Origin: Orbicella franksi
Lineage: Eukaryota
Direction: 5' to 3'
DNA: 64,000 nt
NCBI GenBank assembly: GCA_964199315.1
Contig: OZ116705.1
Location: 29,822,001-29,886,000 of the forward strand
This document shows, piece by piece, positions 1 through 13,020 of the stretch. The notes below the pieces were generated by a model, which saw only the letters and a program-made list of their open reading frames with translations, searched no databases and was not told where the DNA came from. The translations under genes were made by a program, and so were the position numbers. The stretch's first letter is position 1; each line of letters starts with the position of its first letter.

Positions 1-454
1 GTCACTATGTTGAAAATTGTTGAAATTACACAGCGTTTTTAATTTATCAACTGAGACTAACTACAAAGATTATTTTTCCTCATCAAACGCAAATATTCTA
101 ATGCAAAAGATCAAAACCGATTAACAATAAGCTGATTGGTAGTTTTCGGATTTAAGCGTATTGTTCCCTTTTAATTAAAATATCCTCGGCGGACTCTGAT
201 TGTGAAAATATTTACACTTTCTGCGGCGTGTAACGTGTTGCGTGACTCACTGTTAAATATTAACTTGTTATTTGAGGCATTTTGTATTTTGAAAATGTCT
301 GTAAGTTGAAGAACATTTGATGGCTCAAACAAGCATTCACGCATTCTCTCATTATTGGTCATTTACATATTCGCTGATCTGTTCATTCGGTCATTCACCC
401 AGGCATGCACTCGATTAATTTACTAATCTAACTTCTCTCGTTATTTCATTTCAG

Positions 455-3400
455 CGGTTTTCGACTCCACCAGCCATATTTGTAACTGCTAGTCACCAAG
501 TTCCCAAGAGACCTCAGGATGCCATGGCCGTGTGGGTGGAGGAGTTGCGCGTGGACAATTTCAAAATTTGTCTCAGAGAAGCAAAGATTTTCGATGGACC
601 CCATAAAGGCATAAGGATAGTGAGTAAATTCAAATTTCGTTTTCTGTCAGTGGTCAGTCTAATGAACTAGACTCTGCCAAATGAAGATATACACTTCATC
701 AAAGTTGAATGAAAATCATGATGACCCCTGATTAAAGAGCAGCATTCTGAAATATTTACATGCGTTACGATGTTACCAAATATATCAGAGGTCAGCTTCC
801 CTTGTGACGTGCCTGATCATGCATCGTCCATTTTCAAGTTGTTCCAGATGAGTCTTTTTTGTACCAGCATGAAACATCAATCGTTGGCTTTCAAAAGAAA
901 ACAATACAAAGAAACTATGTGTTTGTTAGCTCTTTAATAAACCTCAAGCTACTTGTAGAAACCATGTGGTAGAAACCGTTGACTGGAAGCAGCTGAATGC
1001 ATACACAAGGAGAGTTGCTTCTTTTATAGACTTTTTCCTGAAAAAAGGCTAATTATCAACATCTTACTGGGTTTGCGTATCTTGCCGATAATTTCATGAA
1101 CTCTTATACGTTGGTTAAAACAGTCCCTAATTGTGCATGTTTTTATTTCTTTAATAATTGGCAGGTTTTAATTACAATATATTTTATTTCTTCTGCAGAA
1201 TTGGATGGCATTTACAAATCTGAGTGTTGACAATTTTACCATAACCGCCAGTCTCGTGTTTACCAATACAAACTCACCATCTGATCAGGATAACTACGCT
1301 TTCTGTCAAGTAAGAATAATTATTGCCAGCCCGCGGCATTATTGTTTCTTATCTAAATCCTCTTTATAATAGGGCATCAAAAGGGCAACAACAGCAATGC
1401 TATCATAACAATGGAGGAAGTTAAAATTGACTGTTAACATGGACCTATTTGAACTGTGGGCCCACAAAATATGTCATAAATAGTTTCTGAGACCCAATTT
1501 CATTTTCGGTGATCAATTGATCAAACATACTTTTCCTCTTGTTCAAACAGATGACCTGTACCTCATTAAAACTTCTATTTGGGTTCATTCTTGTTAATCT
1601 GTACCTCGTTTGTTTCTAGGGCTAGGGGCATTGTTTGTGTTGTATACCTATTGTTTCGTTTGGCCAATCATGAAGACCCTTGTAAACGGTGCAGGTCGGC
1701 CCTGTTCAAATCAAACCCGCTTTGATTTCAAATCTAAACATTAGAATCAGCGCATTATAAATACCAATACGAATTATTTATCAACCTTACCTCTACAAGA
1801 GACTCGCGGAAATACAGTCGATATTAAAATTTTTTTTTTTCTTACATTGTAGACAGTGAACTTCACAAAACCATTTTATGCTCGTCCTGTTGTGTTAGTG
1901 ACGCCAAAACGCACTGACAACAACAACAATGCGAACCTTTCTGGGTCACGTTGTAACGCTGTCACCACTTGGGTTGAGGTAAGGAATACCTGTTGTGATC
2001 TTTGTGTGATTTCCGCAAACACTCAGGTAATGGCACAAATATCCCAAGTTCCTCGGCACCCATGAACTTTATATGACATTGCGTAACAACGTAAATATAA
2101 CAGTTTGTATGGGAACATATACATATAACAGCTCGAGATATAGAAACAATAAAAACAATTAGTTTAATTCTTCTGTTTGTTACTTGTGTTTCTATGCTAC
2201 TTTGGGGCCGTTTCAAAGCGATTTCAGTAACTTTTAGTTTCACTGTAACTTTCGTTTATATGAGTTCTTTAAAACTAATCGGGCGGTATAGCAACTTGAA
2301 CCAGGCCGGGTTTAACTCATCTTTGATTTTATTCAGTATACATCTACAACTGACGCACAAGTGTGTGTGAAGAATTACAACAGCGACTCCAACAATAAAG
2401 ATGTTATCACTGTCGACTACATTGCCACTGGAGGTAGGCAAAAAGATTCCATCTGGAGATAGAAAAAACACTTGGTATATTTAGCATTCTCTTTCCTGTA
2501 TGCATTTTGCCCCTCTTCAATGTTGCTCATTGGAGTTATCTTTATAAAAGCTTGCAAACCCATAGTGGGAGGGCAGAAGTGTGTATAACTATCAAGCAAG
2601 TGTGTACTAAAACAACATCAGATCGTTTCGTGACAATTGTTTATATGTCTTGCCAGACTTGGATCCTTGCATAGACGTGACATGTCATTATCACTGCCTG
2701 TGTAAAGCGTTTGAACCAAATGATGCTCGCTGCGTTGCTGTTGACAGTTGTCCATCCTACCAAGAACCAGTCTGCTCATCAAATGGCACAACATATGACA
2801 ATGAGTGCTTGTTTCGACAGGAAATGTGCATTCAGCGACTGAATTTCTCTGTGCAACACCCTGGTAGTTGTGAAGGTTAGAAATTGTTTTACTCTGAAAT
2901 TTCTGACGATGTCGAAGAAGATGATGATGATTACGATGAAAAAACCTGGGAAGTTGATTAAAATTTTTTTTGTACTGATTTGTGTTTTGTACTGTTATTT
3001 TCTTGAAGGATTTCCTTTCCAGCGAGGTCGCCGTCACATGCCACACATTCCTTCACTGGGATATTCTCACTGTGAAGTAATTCGCCTCAAGCCTTATATG
3101 TTTTATCCTGACAAACCACTTGAAGTTCAGATCACTGTCAATCATATTGACACCAGTGACAAGTCATATGTACATGATGCCGCTGTGTCGTGGGTCGAAA
3201 ATGTCAGTTATGATCGATTCACTGCATGTGTGATGGCGGCAGGCTACAATGAGCGGAAATCAAAAGCTAACGTGACAGTTGATTGGATGGCGTACCAAGG
3301 GGCTCCAGTGGGTGGTGTTGCCGGGGAAGTACGGATATCACAATGGTGGACTGGAACGACTTGTAAATCTGTCAATTTTCCATCGGTAGGTACTTTCTAG

Positions 3401-6400
3401 TTTCATTTTACAACTCAAGTTCACGAAGAATAAATTCGAATAGCTTACAGTCATCGGAGTTAGTTCAATATAATATGATTTCCTTTGGACCAATGGAGCT
3501 AAAATGTCACGTATCACTCAACCATGAAAGCATTAGCCATCCCTAGATTTCCAAATCTTCGCTAATGTTAAACAGCAGTAAGGCAACAAGAACAATAGTA
3601 GTAGCACGAGTAACATCAACAGTAACAGCTTGTGTGTTTTCTTCTATGCAGGGAAGGTTTTCAGTGATACCTTCAGTGTTTGTTACTGCTGCGCACTATC
3701 GTTTAGGACTCAAGCGTGACGCTGCCAGTGTGTGGATTGAAGACGTCACGCAATCCTCGTTTAAAGTTTGTTTGAGAGAGCTTCAGAACTACGCAGGATC
3801 TCACGACGATGTTTATACTGTAAATGTCCACACCTTTTTTACGTACCAACCATAAGAAACTAATAGATGCTTATCACTTACTTTAGCCTCTTAACACTGG
3901 TCTTTAGCATTGGCAGCTAATTCTCTAGCATACTTTACCATCAGCATATCATACATCAAGAAAAAATATAATCTTGATTTAGATCTTTTTTTATGGTTAA
4001 TTGTCTTGTTAACATTTATTTATTTTTCTCTTTTAGAAATGGCTGGCGTTTTCTTCTCTCCACAAGCCTCTTTTTACAGAACACAGTTCAGTCTATTTTG
4101 CTAACGCCCAACACCCACCTGCAGATTACAACAATGCCTATTGTAAGGTATACGTATACTTTTTAAAAAAATTTCAAGAGTTAGTGTACAGATCCTACAG
4201 AACAACGTCAATTTAAACAAAACTGACTCAGTAGGTTATTACAAAATTCCGGTTTGGTAGTGGTTAAAGCTAATGGTCAAAGTTGGATTACACTCCGCTT
4301 ACCTAATGAGAGTTTTTCTTTAGGATATCCGCTTCACTGAAAAGTACAACAGCACCCCGAATGTGTTTGTTTCGGCGAACCATTCATCTAGCGGTGGAAA
4401 TAAACAACCAGTACACAATGGAATAACTGCTTGGGTGGAGGTAATTCTGTTTCTTTACTTCTTTAGGCATTTCCATAGAAACTGCATTTTTGACAAGCCA
4501 GTCGAACCAAATCTCATCTATTTGACAGAGTTCTTGGTTTCTTTGAATCTTCTTAAACGTCGATACAGAATTAGTATCGTACCTTTTTACAGCCATTATT
4601 TTCCATCAAATTGAATGCCGGGAAAATCGTAAAATCCAAGATGGCGTCTCCAAGACGGCTGAAGTCATAATCGACAAAACGTTAATTTCATGTTGTACAG
4701 AAAGTTGAGGAATATCTGCTACAGGCAAATAATATGATATTGATATGTCTTACCAGAACAAAAACCCAAGGGAGGTATAAGTTTGCTTTTTCTCCCGATG
4801 AGTAAATAATATTCAGAATATTACCGGAAGCGAAGTGAAAATTATCTTTTGGACTAAAAGTTTAGAAGACCACTGATTATATTTGTTCTTTTTTTGCAGT
4901 ACATCAATACAACCGATGTGCGAGTTTGTTTAAAAGAGTTGTATGACACAAAGTATGATCCACTGTCTATCTCATACACTGTCCTGTCAGGTACGGACAA
5001 AATAGTTCATTTTTAATTTTATTATTCTCTAGATCGGTAGTTTAGCTTTTTTGATATTCATATTTTATTAACTTCTATCTCCTACGCTTTTTAAAGGAGC
5101 TACGTCACAGTTTGCCCATGTTGAAAAGTTTAGGTTAAATATTTCAAATCCGTCGTTTGTAATCCGTGTTAACCTCCATTCTGGCCATCCTAGTTCCTTG
5201 ATTGTTTATTATTACCTCTTTGAAGCCTGTATCTTAGTATACGACGATTTTCAGGTCTCTTTCAATTTAATGGTAATTTTTTACGTGGCCAAAAATAACT
5301 CAAGATACTGTGACTGTGGCCCTTTAAAAATAAGATCGTATCAGCCTAATTTTTTTCTAGTTTGATGGTCAGAAGTTGATTTCATAACAAACGAAGTCCA
5401 ATGTTTCAGTCAGGAGTAAAGTGCCAAAACATGTGGAGGTTTCTCAGAAAAATGACAAGCAACGATTTCCTTTAAAAACACTCAAGACATTCTTAATGAT
5501 TTCTCTTACTTTTTATGGATTTATTGTTGTTTATATCTGCAGACATTTGCCAGCCAGGATGGACTTACTTTGGTGGTTATTGCTACTTTTCAAGCCCCGC
5601 ATGCGCCACATGGTTGACTGCTGAGTCAAACTGTTCTGAGATGAACTCTGATCTGGTTACAGTGCACAACCAGGAGGAAAACGTATTTATTCAACTCCGT
5701 CATGCTGGCGATAGATCATGGATAGGGCTGAATGACCGCAGTGTTGAAGGCTCTTTTGTGTGGACAAACAAAGAAATTAGCAGTTTTAGGTTCTGGGCTC
5801 CAAAGCAACCAAACAACTGGAACAACGAAGACTGTGTGCACACTCTCGGCGTGAGGCACGGATATACTTGGAATGACGTGCCATGTGATAACTGCTTCAA
5901 CTTTACTTGCTTTACAGGTGATAAATCTCTTGCTCAGTGCGGTTAAAATACATTGTAAACTACTAATAAAAAATGGTAAACTTCCCATAATTTAGTCAGG
6001 ATAATCTTTCGCGCTCAAAAAGGTTCCATGGTTCATTTTCAAAATAATTTATTATAAACCAGTACTTTAAACACTATTCATGAATTTGATGACTATTTCA
6101 TATTTTTTTTTCCTAATTTAATTTTTGCAGATCTGGAGGAATGCTCCACCAACACTCATAACTGTGACGTGAATGCAGATTGTGTGAATACCGTGGGCTC
6201 ATATTCCTGTAAGTGTAGAGCTGGATATACCGGAGACGGACAAACTTGCAATGGTAAGAAATCTACCAACCAACCATCAAACAAACAACATATTAATGTT
6301 GATACTGAATTTAATAACAATCTCACTTTATTTTCAACAACTATGAAATTTCTCTTGCATTGATAGGCTTAGAAACAACTGTAACCAACCGCACTTGTGT

Positions 6401-9400
6401 GATAAGAAAGCTGATAGAAAAAAAGGTTCAACCCTGTCATAACTTTATTTTTTAAAAGTTTCGAAGCCTGCGCCAGTGGTTTATAACAACGGTAATGTAA
6501 ATCATCCAAAAGCAAAGAATGAGTCAAAACGAGTGGAAAGTAAAATTAATCGTTTTTTTTTTTCATTAAAATATTCTGTGCTTACCGTAAATTTTCGACG
6601 GATTGTTCTCAAGCTGTATGTTTCTTTTTCAGTTTCGGTGAAATGGTCAGACTAATGATAACTCAACGTTTATCCATATTTACTCCTTTAATCTTGCTTT
6701 AGACATAGACGAGTGCTCTTCAAACTCTCATAGCTGTAATGCGAATGCTGTTTGTAACAATACTCGTGGATCTTACACTTGCGCGTGCAAACCTGGATAC
6801 TCAGGAGATGGCAAAAATTGCACTGGTAAGTTATATCTGCTTAACAAGAACTAAAAAAAATATTGCGAAATGAAATGACGCCATATGAAAATAAAGCTAT
6901 ACGTCTACAGTGTGGGACGAGTTTTCTTCTGCTCCTAGCTAATTTTTTTGCGATTTTCAAGTTGCATTTTTTTCCACGACTTTACTCCATTGTCGAAATT
7001 ATACAAACAAGCCTCACATGCAGAAACTTGTTGATGCCATTTATTTAAAACGTCTCTTTCAATAAAACGATGAAATTGCTCATGGTACAAGGCAGGTGTA
7101 GCTGCTAAAACTTGACAGAAAAGGATCGTCTGAAGGCACTACCAGCCAAAGTTGGGCAGGGCGTAATTGTTCCACAGTGACTGGTTGCTTGATTACCGTG
7201 AAGGTAAAGTCTGTATACGAGCCAAGTGGGTCATGGCACCAGGCCAGAGCTTATCCTGGTTTCTGCGTAGCGAGAAGCGATTACGGATATTTCTATTCCC
7301 CCTCTATGGGACGCTAGTCCATCGCAGGGTTAACCCCAGCATTTAGTTCGCCGGTACCCATTTAAACACCTTGGTGGAGCGAGTTAAGTGTCTTGACCAA
7401 GAACAAAACGCGGTGTCTCCGGCCAGATGTCAAATCCGGGCCGCTCGATCCTGAGACGAGGTGCATTGACCATGCATGAGTCTGCCGCGCCTTACCGCGC
7501 CTTACCGCGCCTTACAGCTTACCGTAAAGTGCAACAAAAAACGCAGCAAATGCCACTTTCTGAAAATACCAAAATTTGATACCCAGCACGAAGAACCAGT
7601 CTTTCACAATCCCAAAATTAGTTCCCGCAAAAAACAAAAAATATCGCCCATCCGAAAAATTAAACTCCCGCAAAAACGTTTCGCCACACGTAACCAATTT
7701 CTAGTATGTAAAATATATTTATGATTTTGAGTGAGCTCAGTCTCGTTTTGGATGTAACAGAAAAAAAAGGGTGTATATTTATTTTGGTTCTATTCACGGA
7801 GAAAAAAACCTCAAGGGTATAAACCAGAAATCCCAATAATGACATTTCTCATACTTTCTTTGGACAACGGGTTCTTTTGATATGCAAACATGTTCTATTG
7901 ACCGGGCACAGCAGTATGGCTATCGTGACAACGCTCTACAACAAGGATTGTTTCCCTTGAGAGGTTTTATTGATAAACATGGTAAACCTCTAATCACGAC
8001 ACGTGTTATCAAATTTACGATTAAGTACTACTTAAGTACTACCAACGAAAACTCCTTACTTCAGAACATAAAACACTTTTTGCGACAAAGTACAAGATAA
8101 TTTATGTCTGTTTTCTTTCTTCTTCCCTGTTCATTATTACCCACAGACATCGATGAGTGCGTCAGCGGTGTACACGACTGCCACCGTTCAGCTTCATGTA
8201 CGAACACTGTAGGATCCTACACATGTACGTGTAACCATCCTTTATCAGGAGACGGAAAAACCTGCAGGTACACCGCGGCAGGTAAGTGTTTCACGTTAAT
8301 TGTGCTTCAATTCAGGTAGCAGTGGTTTAGAATTAAGTTCAACTTGTCCACCAAATATGATGTCAACAAAACAAACAAAAACTGAGATTTCTTGGTCATT
8401 GCTTTCTTTTTTGGGATGGTTTAAACAAAACCAATTCTCCAAAACTAACTCATGAATGATGCATCTCAGCCGCCGATGTTGCAAATTCGAACCACTCAGG
8501 GAACCAATCAGAATTCTCCTTTACAATTTTGATCAGGTTGCCATATTGGATGACTGTTATTGTTGCAACTAAAAGAGAACACGACTCAGTAATGTTGTTT
8601 GCTACCTTCTCGTTACTACCAATACGCTTTGATATTAACATTAACCACACTTAGAAAGGACAAGGGTGGGGTGTGGAGCGGAAAGAGCCCACGTGGACTT
8701 AAACCATTAAATTTTTTTTTCCAAATTTAAATATTTACAAAAGCTGTCAAATTTCGTGACTTTATCTGCCACTGGTTTTTCCATTGAGAATTCTGACGTC
8801 GGCGCTGAGCACTGGTAATGATATAACGTTTTCCTGATATATACTCTCCGAATATTGTCCTGTTCACGATTTTAAATCATCTACTAAGCGTATTGATCAC
8901 TGCGACTCGAAATATAAAACGAGATATTCCAGATAAAAAAAAATATTTTAAGTTGCACGGTGGCATATAACGACGTAATATTGACGGTGGCATATCAAAT
9001 ATGTTTCCGAACAAACAGTACATCCAGTTTAGTGAGCGTCACATTTACGGTGCAAGCAATGATGGTCACCTTATAACTGGTGAAGATGACAGTGTTATTT
9101 ATTCTTAGCAAAACCAACTCTCAACATGGTCCACTAAAACAAATGCTAGGTACAAAATGGATCCAAAGAACGTTCTTATATGTTATTTTTGCAGCGAGTC
9201 TTAAATATTCCAGCATTGTGGGAAACAGCCAGAATTTTTTGACATGGCTGGATAAATGGTTGAAGCCTGTGACTCGCCAATCTTCTTACTGGAATCGCTG
9301 TTACCGGGCAACTGTAAATGGCTGGTCTTCCTATACCTTCCATTCAAAGTGTGACGGCAAAGGTCCAACTGTCACAATCATCCGTGTTGGGAAATATATT

Positions 9401-10560
9401 TTTGGAGGATACACAAGTCTCTCATGGAGTAAGTGACGTGACCAATTTCATGTTATCACAGGCCACCCAAGCGCAAGCTATGAGTCAGCCAGGATCATAT
9501 TTCGCAATAGCGGTCACGGAGAAATATGGGAAAAGAGTTTTAAAAAGAATTTTAAAAAAGAAATATTTACAATATGGTTTGGGATAGTTAAGTGCTAGAA
9601 AATTCTAAACAAAATACCTTATCTTACTTTCATGGTGCATTACTTGGTGAGTTTACGCGCTTCTTTTCTGATTCGTGACGGTTTTAGGGAGATATCGGGA
9701 GGGAAGAACTTTATAGGAAGCGGTACAACGGCTTCGAATCATTAATCATGGAAACAAAAAAGGGTAATACCAAAGAAAGGCAAATAATTCAACGATAATA
9801 AGAATTTTCTGGATAACTCATCGAGATAAACAGGCCGATAGAAACACTTGCATTTTTTAAAAACGCCTTAGTGTTCCTGGCTAAGTGACAGCTTTACAGC
9901 TCGATATTAATGTTATGAAATCTATAAAATAGGGCATGAAACTCATGTTCAGTCTGAAATCGGGCCAGCTGTTTCTAGTCTCCCAGCAGGCTTGCTTTTC
10001 CCAGAATTGAAATTATTAAAAACTCAGAGGACATTTAACATACAGGAACCAGAGAACTTAAGATTAACACTACGAGAAATAATACCGAGCTATGAATAAT
10101 AGTCAAATTTTGTGAGCCACTCAAATTATCGTTGTCGGTAATACTTCATTACTAAACTGTCCAAAGTGTTAGTAAACATCATTAATGTTGGACTTCTTTT
10201 TCCATTGTGTATTTCAAATTAGGTGGTTGTTCATGGTACTACGATTCAGCGGCCTTTCTCTTCTCATTGGTTAACAAGCTTGGTTGGCAGCCACTAAAGC
10301 TAGATCAAACAGGAAAGTATAGTTATCGGAGAAAATATTCCATCTACAGCTGCTCTAACTATGGACCAACATTTGGAGGAGGACACGATATTTACATTGT
10401 CAACAACGCTGCATCAAGCACCAGCTCATACTCAAACCTTGGACACACCTACAGCCCACCAGCTGGCAACAGCTATAGATCCTCCTTCACACAATCATTC
10501 CTGGCGGGTGGTTACAACTTTCGACCTGACGAAGTCGAAGTCTTTTATGAAACTACCTGA
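455..10560 (+). CDS. Paralog A (5'-partial; exons 3-18) of secreted H-type-lectin-like/Kazal/C-type lectin/EGF/TLDc multidomain protein
   Basis: GT-AG exons: 455-619, 1199-1309, 1853-1978, 2337-2433, 2657-2875 (Kazal), 3009-3385, 3652-3819, 4037-4147, 4324-4440, 4900-4990, 5543-5917 (CTL), 6131-6253, 6703-6825, 8147-8281 (EGFs), 9195-9428, 10223-10560 (TLDc, TGA). Phases join in frame with no internal stop seen. Exons 1-2 are inferred upstream of the window by homology to copy C. Confidence 0.88.
5095..5323. mobile_element. A-specific MITE with TTAA target duplication and AGG...CCT ends (Kolobok/piggyBac-like)
   Basis: TTAA|AGGAGCTACGTCACAG ... CTGTGACTGTGGCCCT|TTAA gives imperfect TIRs. B, C and D have a single TTAA at this site (intron 320 bp vs 552 bp in A). 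Confidence 0.7.
7201..7490 (-). mobile_element. tRNA-derived SINE of the abundant anthozoan type (degenerate), intron 15 of A
   Basis: GGTAAAGTCTG.ATACGAGCC...TAGTCCATCGCAGGGTTAACCCC...GGTACCCATTT..ACACC..GGTGGAG...GTGTCTTG.CCAAGAAC...tRNA-like end; recognised from memory of cnidarian SINEs. Confidence 0.7.
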
Positions 10561-10992
10561 AGAAATCGCGGAGCTTGCAGTCTTAGTTTTACACACCCTG
10601 TACAGAACAACTAAACCTTTGCAATTATATAAGGGTATATACAAACTGTTGGTAAATTATAGAAGCGCAATATAATCAGAAAATTTCAATATCACCGATG
10701 ATATGTCAATCAATAGGTTAGTACAAAATAGAGTAGTCACGTATCCTTAGCCTAAGACAAACAGTTTACTTTGAGCGGATTACTTGTTTGGTAATTGCCA
10801 TTAAAGGATAGTTTTATGGCTCCTTGTTATAACAAGCTATAACGTTAGCCGAGCTAATGACTTTTGCGAGAACTGAATTTTCTTTAAGACTTTCACCTCA
10901 GTCACGGTAACGCGGCGATAGGAGTAACGTTTGTCATTAGAATTTCTTACTTCATGTTTTAATTAATACATATATTGTTTATCTACCAATCG

Positions 10993-10998
10993 AATAAA
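10993..10998 (+). terminator. Candidate polyadenylation signal of A (homologs 18366-18371 in B, 37838-37843 in C)
   Basis: AATAAA in conserved CCAATCGAATAAAAGTAGATA, ~370-435 nt after each stop codon. Confidence 0.5.
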
Positions 10999-11760
10999 AG
11001 TAGATAACACGTGTGTGTGTCCAGAGTAAAACCTTAGTGGCCGAATGAAAAATTTAACGTTAACTGACTAAACTGAATTCGAAGTTTTGCTCGATAAATC
11101 CGTTGACATCTTCAGTAAAATTTGGGCATCAGTCATTCTGGTTTCACAAATCACAGTCTGTAGTTGTTGAACTACATGTGGTTCAGTAAAAAATGAACAA
11201 GGTAGTAGTTTGTAGTCACGCTATAACTTGTACATGTCGGAAACGTGAAATTATTCCTTAAGAAGGAGAGTCTTGATGCTGAGTTTCAATTGATTGAATT
11301 CCGCGAACATCATACCAGGATAAGTTGCAAGTTACATGATTCCAGCTGGTTTTGATTTCTTATCTTATTCAAGTAAAGGGGGTTTAGAAAAAACTATATT
11401 GAGAAAATATGATAGAGTAGGCATTTTTTGTTTGTAGTAATTATGAATTGTCTTTTGGGAGTGTTAACGTAGAAAATAAATACGTGTCAGACACACCGTT
11501 ATAAAAACTTGTAACAATAAAATAGAGCAGGGTGAAAATAACGCGTTGTTTTGTGTTTGTGTTCGCTCTTATCTAGGCGAAAAGAATTTTTTTTTAATCA
11601 CTTTTATTCTGAATTGCCAAAGTGTAATTGCCTCTGTTAAACCTGCCTTTAGGGAAATCATGGTAGTTATATTTAAAGTTTGCAATGAAGTCTTGAACTT
11701 GTTTCGGTACAACATATGGAAACAACTCTTCAGACGGTGATCATAGTGACGACTGTGCCA

Positions 11761-11801
11761 ACAATCGCTGAGATAGACCTCAATTCTATCTCAGCGATTG
11801 T
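11761..11801. repeat. Perfect 17-bp-arm inverted repeat downstream of A (copies 19205-19239 and 38626-38660)
   Basis: ACAATCGCTGAGATAGA-CCTCAAT-TCTATCTCAGCGATTGT. Confidence 0.8.
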
Positions 11802-12447
11802 AGCGCCACGGTTGACCTTGTAATTTATCGCCAAGTGTCCTTAACTTTTATGGCAAGTAAAAGTTTAAAACTTTCTTTTATTTAAATTTTGCATCAAAAC
11901 TTGCTTACGACTTAACAACGATTTGAAATTGACTCGTTTTGCTCTCGACGTCGTGCGTCAGAAATTTGAAGCAGTTAACAAAGTGATGTTAACAACTACC
12001 ACAAGAGGCTTTTCATGGAGTCATGACACTCATCTTTGGACACTGCCGTCTTCAACGAGAGGAAACCGCTCGTACGAGCTTACTTGTCGTTGATTTAAAA
12101 CAACAACAACAACAACAACAAAACGATCGACAGCAAACGGGGTTATAGCGCGAGCAATAACGAACAGAAGACAACGAAAATTCAGTAAAGAAAAGCAATC
12201 GGATCTGATTACAAAAGATCTTAGAGAAATATAAATAGCCTGCTTGAACAGATCGCCTGGGCAGGATGACGTGAGAAGAACTGCCTTACCTTACCGGGAA
12301 ATGCTCGAAGACTCTTTGCCCATTTAATAACAGTTCAAAATTCAGTTGAGATATAATAACTAAAAGCCTTGTCGTCCGGTCTATGCTTTATCATATCGCT
12401 GAACACGCGTTACAGCGAGCAAATGATTTCCCTAGTAAGTCGATCCC

Positions 12448-12641
12448 CCCGGGGGGGGGGGGGGGAAGGATACTTTGGGAATTTCTGGGTGGGGACGTGC
12501 CGCTGGGACCCTGAACCCTTAGCCTATACCAGAGCTAGTTCAGCTGAATTTTGCTACCCTATACTAGAATAAACTCCCCAAATCCCCCCATCTATCGATA
12601 CTATTGAGACTGATTTGCGTAAATCTAAACTCGCCAATTTG
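12448..12641. mobile_element. One end of an interspersed repeat (CCCGGGGG terminus) at the A/B junction
   Basis: Begins exactly where homology to the post-gene spacer ends (GTCGATCCC; compare 19890-19898 and 39310-39318) and ends at the exon-12 remnant. Resembles a common coral DNA-transposon-type repeat (from memory). Confidence 0.55.
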
Positions 12642-12700
12642 AAAAGAGTTGTACGACACAAAGTATGATCCACTGTCTATCTCATACACTGTCCTTTCAG
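12642..12700 (+). pseudogene. 3' remnant of exon 12 of paralog B (no splice acceptor, fused to a repeat fragment)
   Basis: AAAAGAGTTGTACGACACAAAGTATGATCC...CTTTCAG|GTACGG matches the second part of exon 12 (32249-32307 in C); upstream sequence is unrelated. Confidence 0.85.
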
Positions 12701-13020
12701 GTACGGACGAAATAATTCATCGTTAATTTATCTATTCTCAAGATCAGTAGTTTAGCTCATTTAATATTCATATTTTAGTAACTTTTGTCACTTACGCTGT
12801 TAAAAATAAGATTTTATCAGGCCGTTTCTTCAATTTGATTGTTAAAAGTTAATTTCATAACAAATGACGTCCAATGTTTCAGTCAGGAGTAAAAATAGCA
12901 AAACATTTGAAGGTTTTTCAGAAACATGACAAGCAACTATTTCCTTTAATAACTTTCACTCAAGACGTTCTTAATGATTTCTCTTACTTTTTATGGATTT
13001 ATTGTTGTTTATATCTGCAG

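Noticed and set aside
2876-3008. Acidic [12 protein letters not shown]-like stretch in intron 7 as a cryptic micro-exon
   Set aside because: There is no acceptor AG or polypyrimidine tract before it, and the frame closes shortly after. It is a GAT microsatellite. Intron retention gives an immediate TAG.
2618-3046. 142-143 aa antisense ORF recurring in A, C and D (also 29912-30343 and 56637-57068)
   Set aside because: It is the shadow of the Kazal exon and flanking introns. Its recurrence is explained by high identity among recent duplicates, and it has no recognisable motif.
5515-5946. ORF-track calls such as [12 protein letters not shown]..., MYFKLGG..., MNADCV... as independent small genes
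   Set aside because: Their starts and ends lie in intron sequence; they are single exons of the spliced gene read through their boundaries.
7400-7490. tRNA gene
   Set aside because: It is only the degenerate tRNA-derived head of a SINE; the B-box is mutated and no cloverleaf is evident.
10361-10675. Alternative-frame ORFs over the last TLDc exon (also 17792-18049 and 37206-37487)
   Set aside because: These are off-frame shadows with different lengths in each copy and no domain signal.
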